Positions 34,315-35,231 of a stretch of DNA of 35,231 bases are shown piece by piece. Numbering within the stretch: the stretch's first letter is position 1; each line of letters opens with the position of its first letter. This DNA is from Macrostomum lignano (taxonomy: Eukaryota), in NCBI GenBank assembly GCA_002269645.1, contig NIVC01003868.1:1-35231 (forward strand), in the 5' to 3' direction. The notes beneath the pieces were generated by a model. It was not told where the DNA came from, searched no databases, and was given only the letters and a program-made list of their open reading frames with translations. The position numbers were made by a program, and so were the translations under genes.

Positions 34315-35231
34315 CTTTCACCCTTTCCTGTCTGCATCTCACCCTCTACTGACTGCATCTCACCCTCTACTGACTGAATCTCACCCTTTACTGACTGCAT
34401 CTCACCCTCTACTGACTGCATCTCACCCTTTCCTGTCTGCATCTCACCCTCTACTGACTACATCTCCCTTTCCTGTCTGCATCTCACCCTCTACTGACTG
34501 CATCTCACCCTTTCCTGTCTGCATCTCACCCTCTACTGACTGCATCTCGACCTCTACTGACTGTATCTTACTTGTATCCCACCTCTACTGACTGCATCTC
34601 ACCCTCTACTGACTGCATCTCACCCTCTACTGACTGCATCTCACCCTCTACTGACTGCACTCACCCTCTATTGACTGCATCTCACCCTCTAACCCTGACT
34701 GCATCTCACCCTCTACTGACTGCATCTCACCCTCTATTGATGATGTATCTCACCCTCTACTGACTGTATCTCACCCTCTACTGACTGCATCTCACCCTCT
34801 ACTGACTGCATCTCACCCTCTACTGACTGCATCTCACCCTCTACTGACTGCATCTCACCCTCTACTGACTGCATCTCACCCTCTATTGATTGTATCTCAC
34901 CTCTACTGACTGCATCTCTCACCCTCCTTACAGACTAAATCTCACCCCTCTACTGACTGCATCTCACCCTCTACTGTCCTGCATCTCACCCTCTACTGAC
35001 TGCATCTCACCCTCTACTGTCTGCATCTCACCCTCTACTGACTGCATCTCACCCTCTACTGTCTGCTTCTCACCCTCTACTGACTGCATCTCAACCCTCT
35101 ACCTGTCTGCATCTTCACCCTCTAGCTGACTGCATCTCACCCTCTACTGTCTGCGTCTCACCCTCTACTGACTGCATCTCACCCCTCTACTGTCTGCATC
35201 TCACCCTCTACTGACTGCATCTCACCCTCTA
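34315..35231 (+). repeat. 21-bp tandem repeat (TCTCACCCTCTACTGACTGCA), runs off the window
   Basis: Direct reading; 7-aa periodic ORFs. Confidence 0.96.

Noticed and set aside
33880-34315. Missing upstream nAChR exon (signal peptide, RPV, QIxDV)
   Set aside because: No matching peptide in the minus-strand frames I read; it probably lies beyond the window.

Overview
Eukaryotic (invertebrate animal) genomic DNA with GT-AG introns and abundant simple repeats; no prokaryotic features and no CRISPR array. The repeat load resembles a Macrostomum-type flatworm assembly, but the species cannot be shown from sequence alone. (1) 1-12.3 kb: a tandem segmental duplication with an ~8.6 kb period. It carries two copies of a 2-exon DXD glycosyltransferase (GT32/Gly_transf_sug-like, minus strand), tRNA-derived SINE remnants, a MITE with perfect 217-bp inverted repeats, and a decayed LOA-like non-LTR retrotransposon (ORF1, APE, RT, RNase H). 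(2) 15-24.5 kb: an ankyrin-repeat gene cluster. Its main member can be assembled by eye from five phase-compatible exons into a ~1475-codon protein: two ankyrin blocks, a pseudokinase and an intact Ser/Thr kinase, with one in-frame TGA at codon 43. A short stand-alone ankyrin paralog lies upstream; an ankyrin remnant and a Tc1-like transposase remnant lie downstream. (3) 25.5-35.2 kb: the four 3' coding exons of a nicotinic acetylcholine receptor alpha subunit (minus strand) with non-canonical ligand-pocket residues and introns filled by at least seven tandem-repeat arrays. All long low-complexity ORFs in the track are repeat artefacts. All alignments and translations were done by eye.
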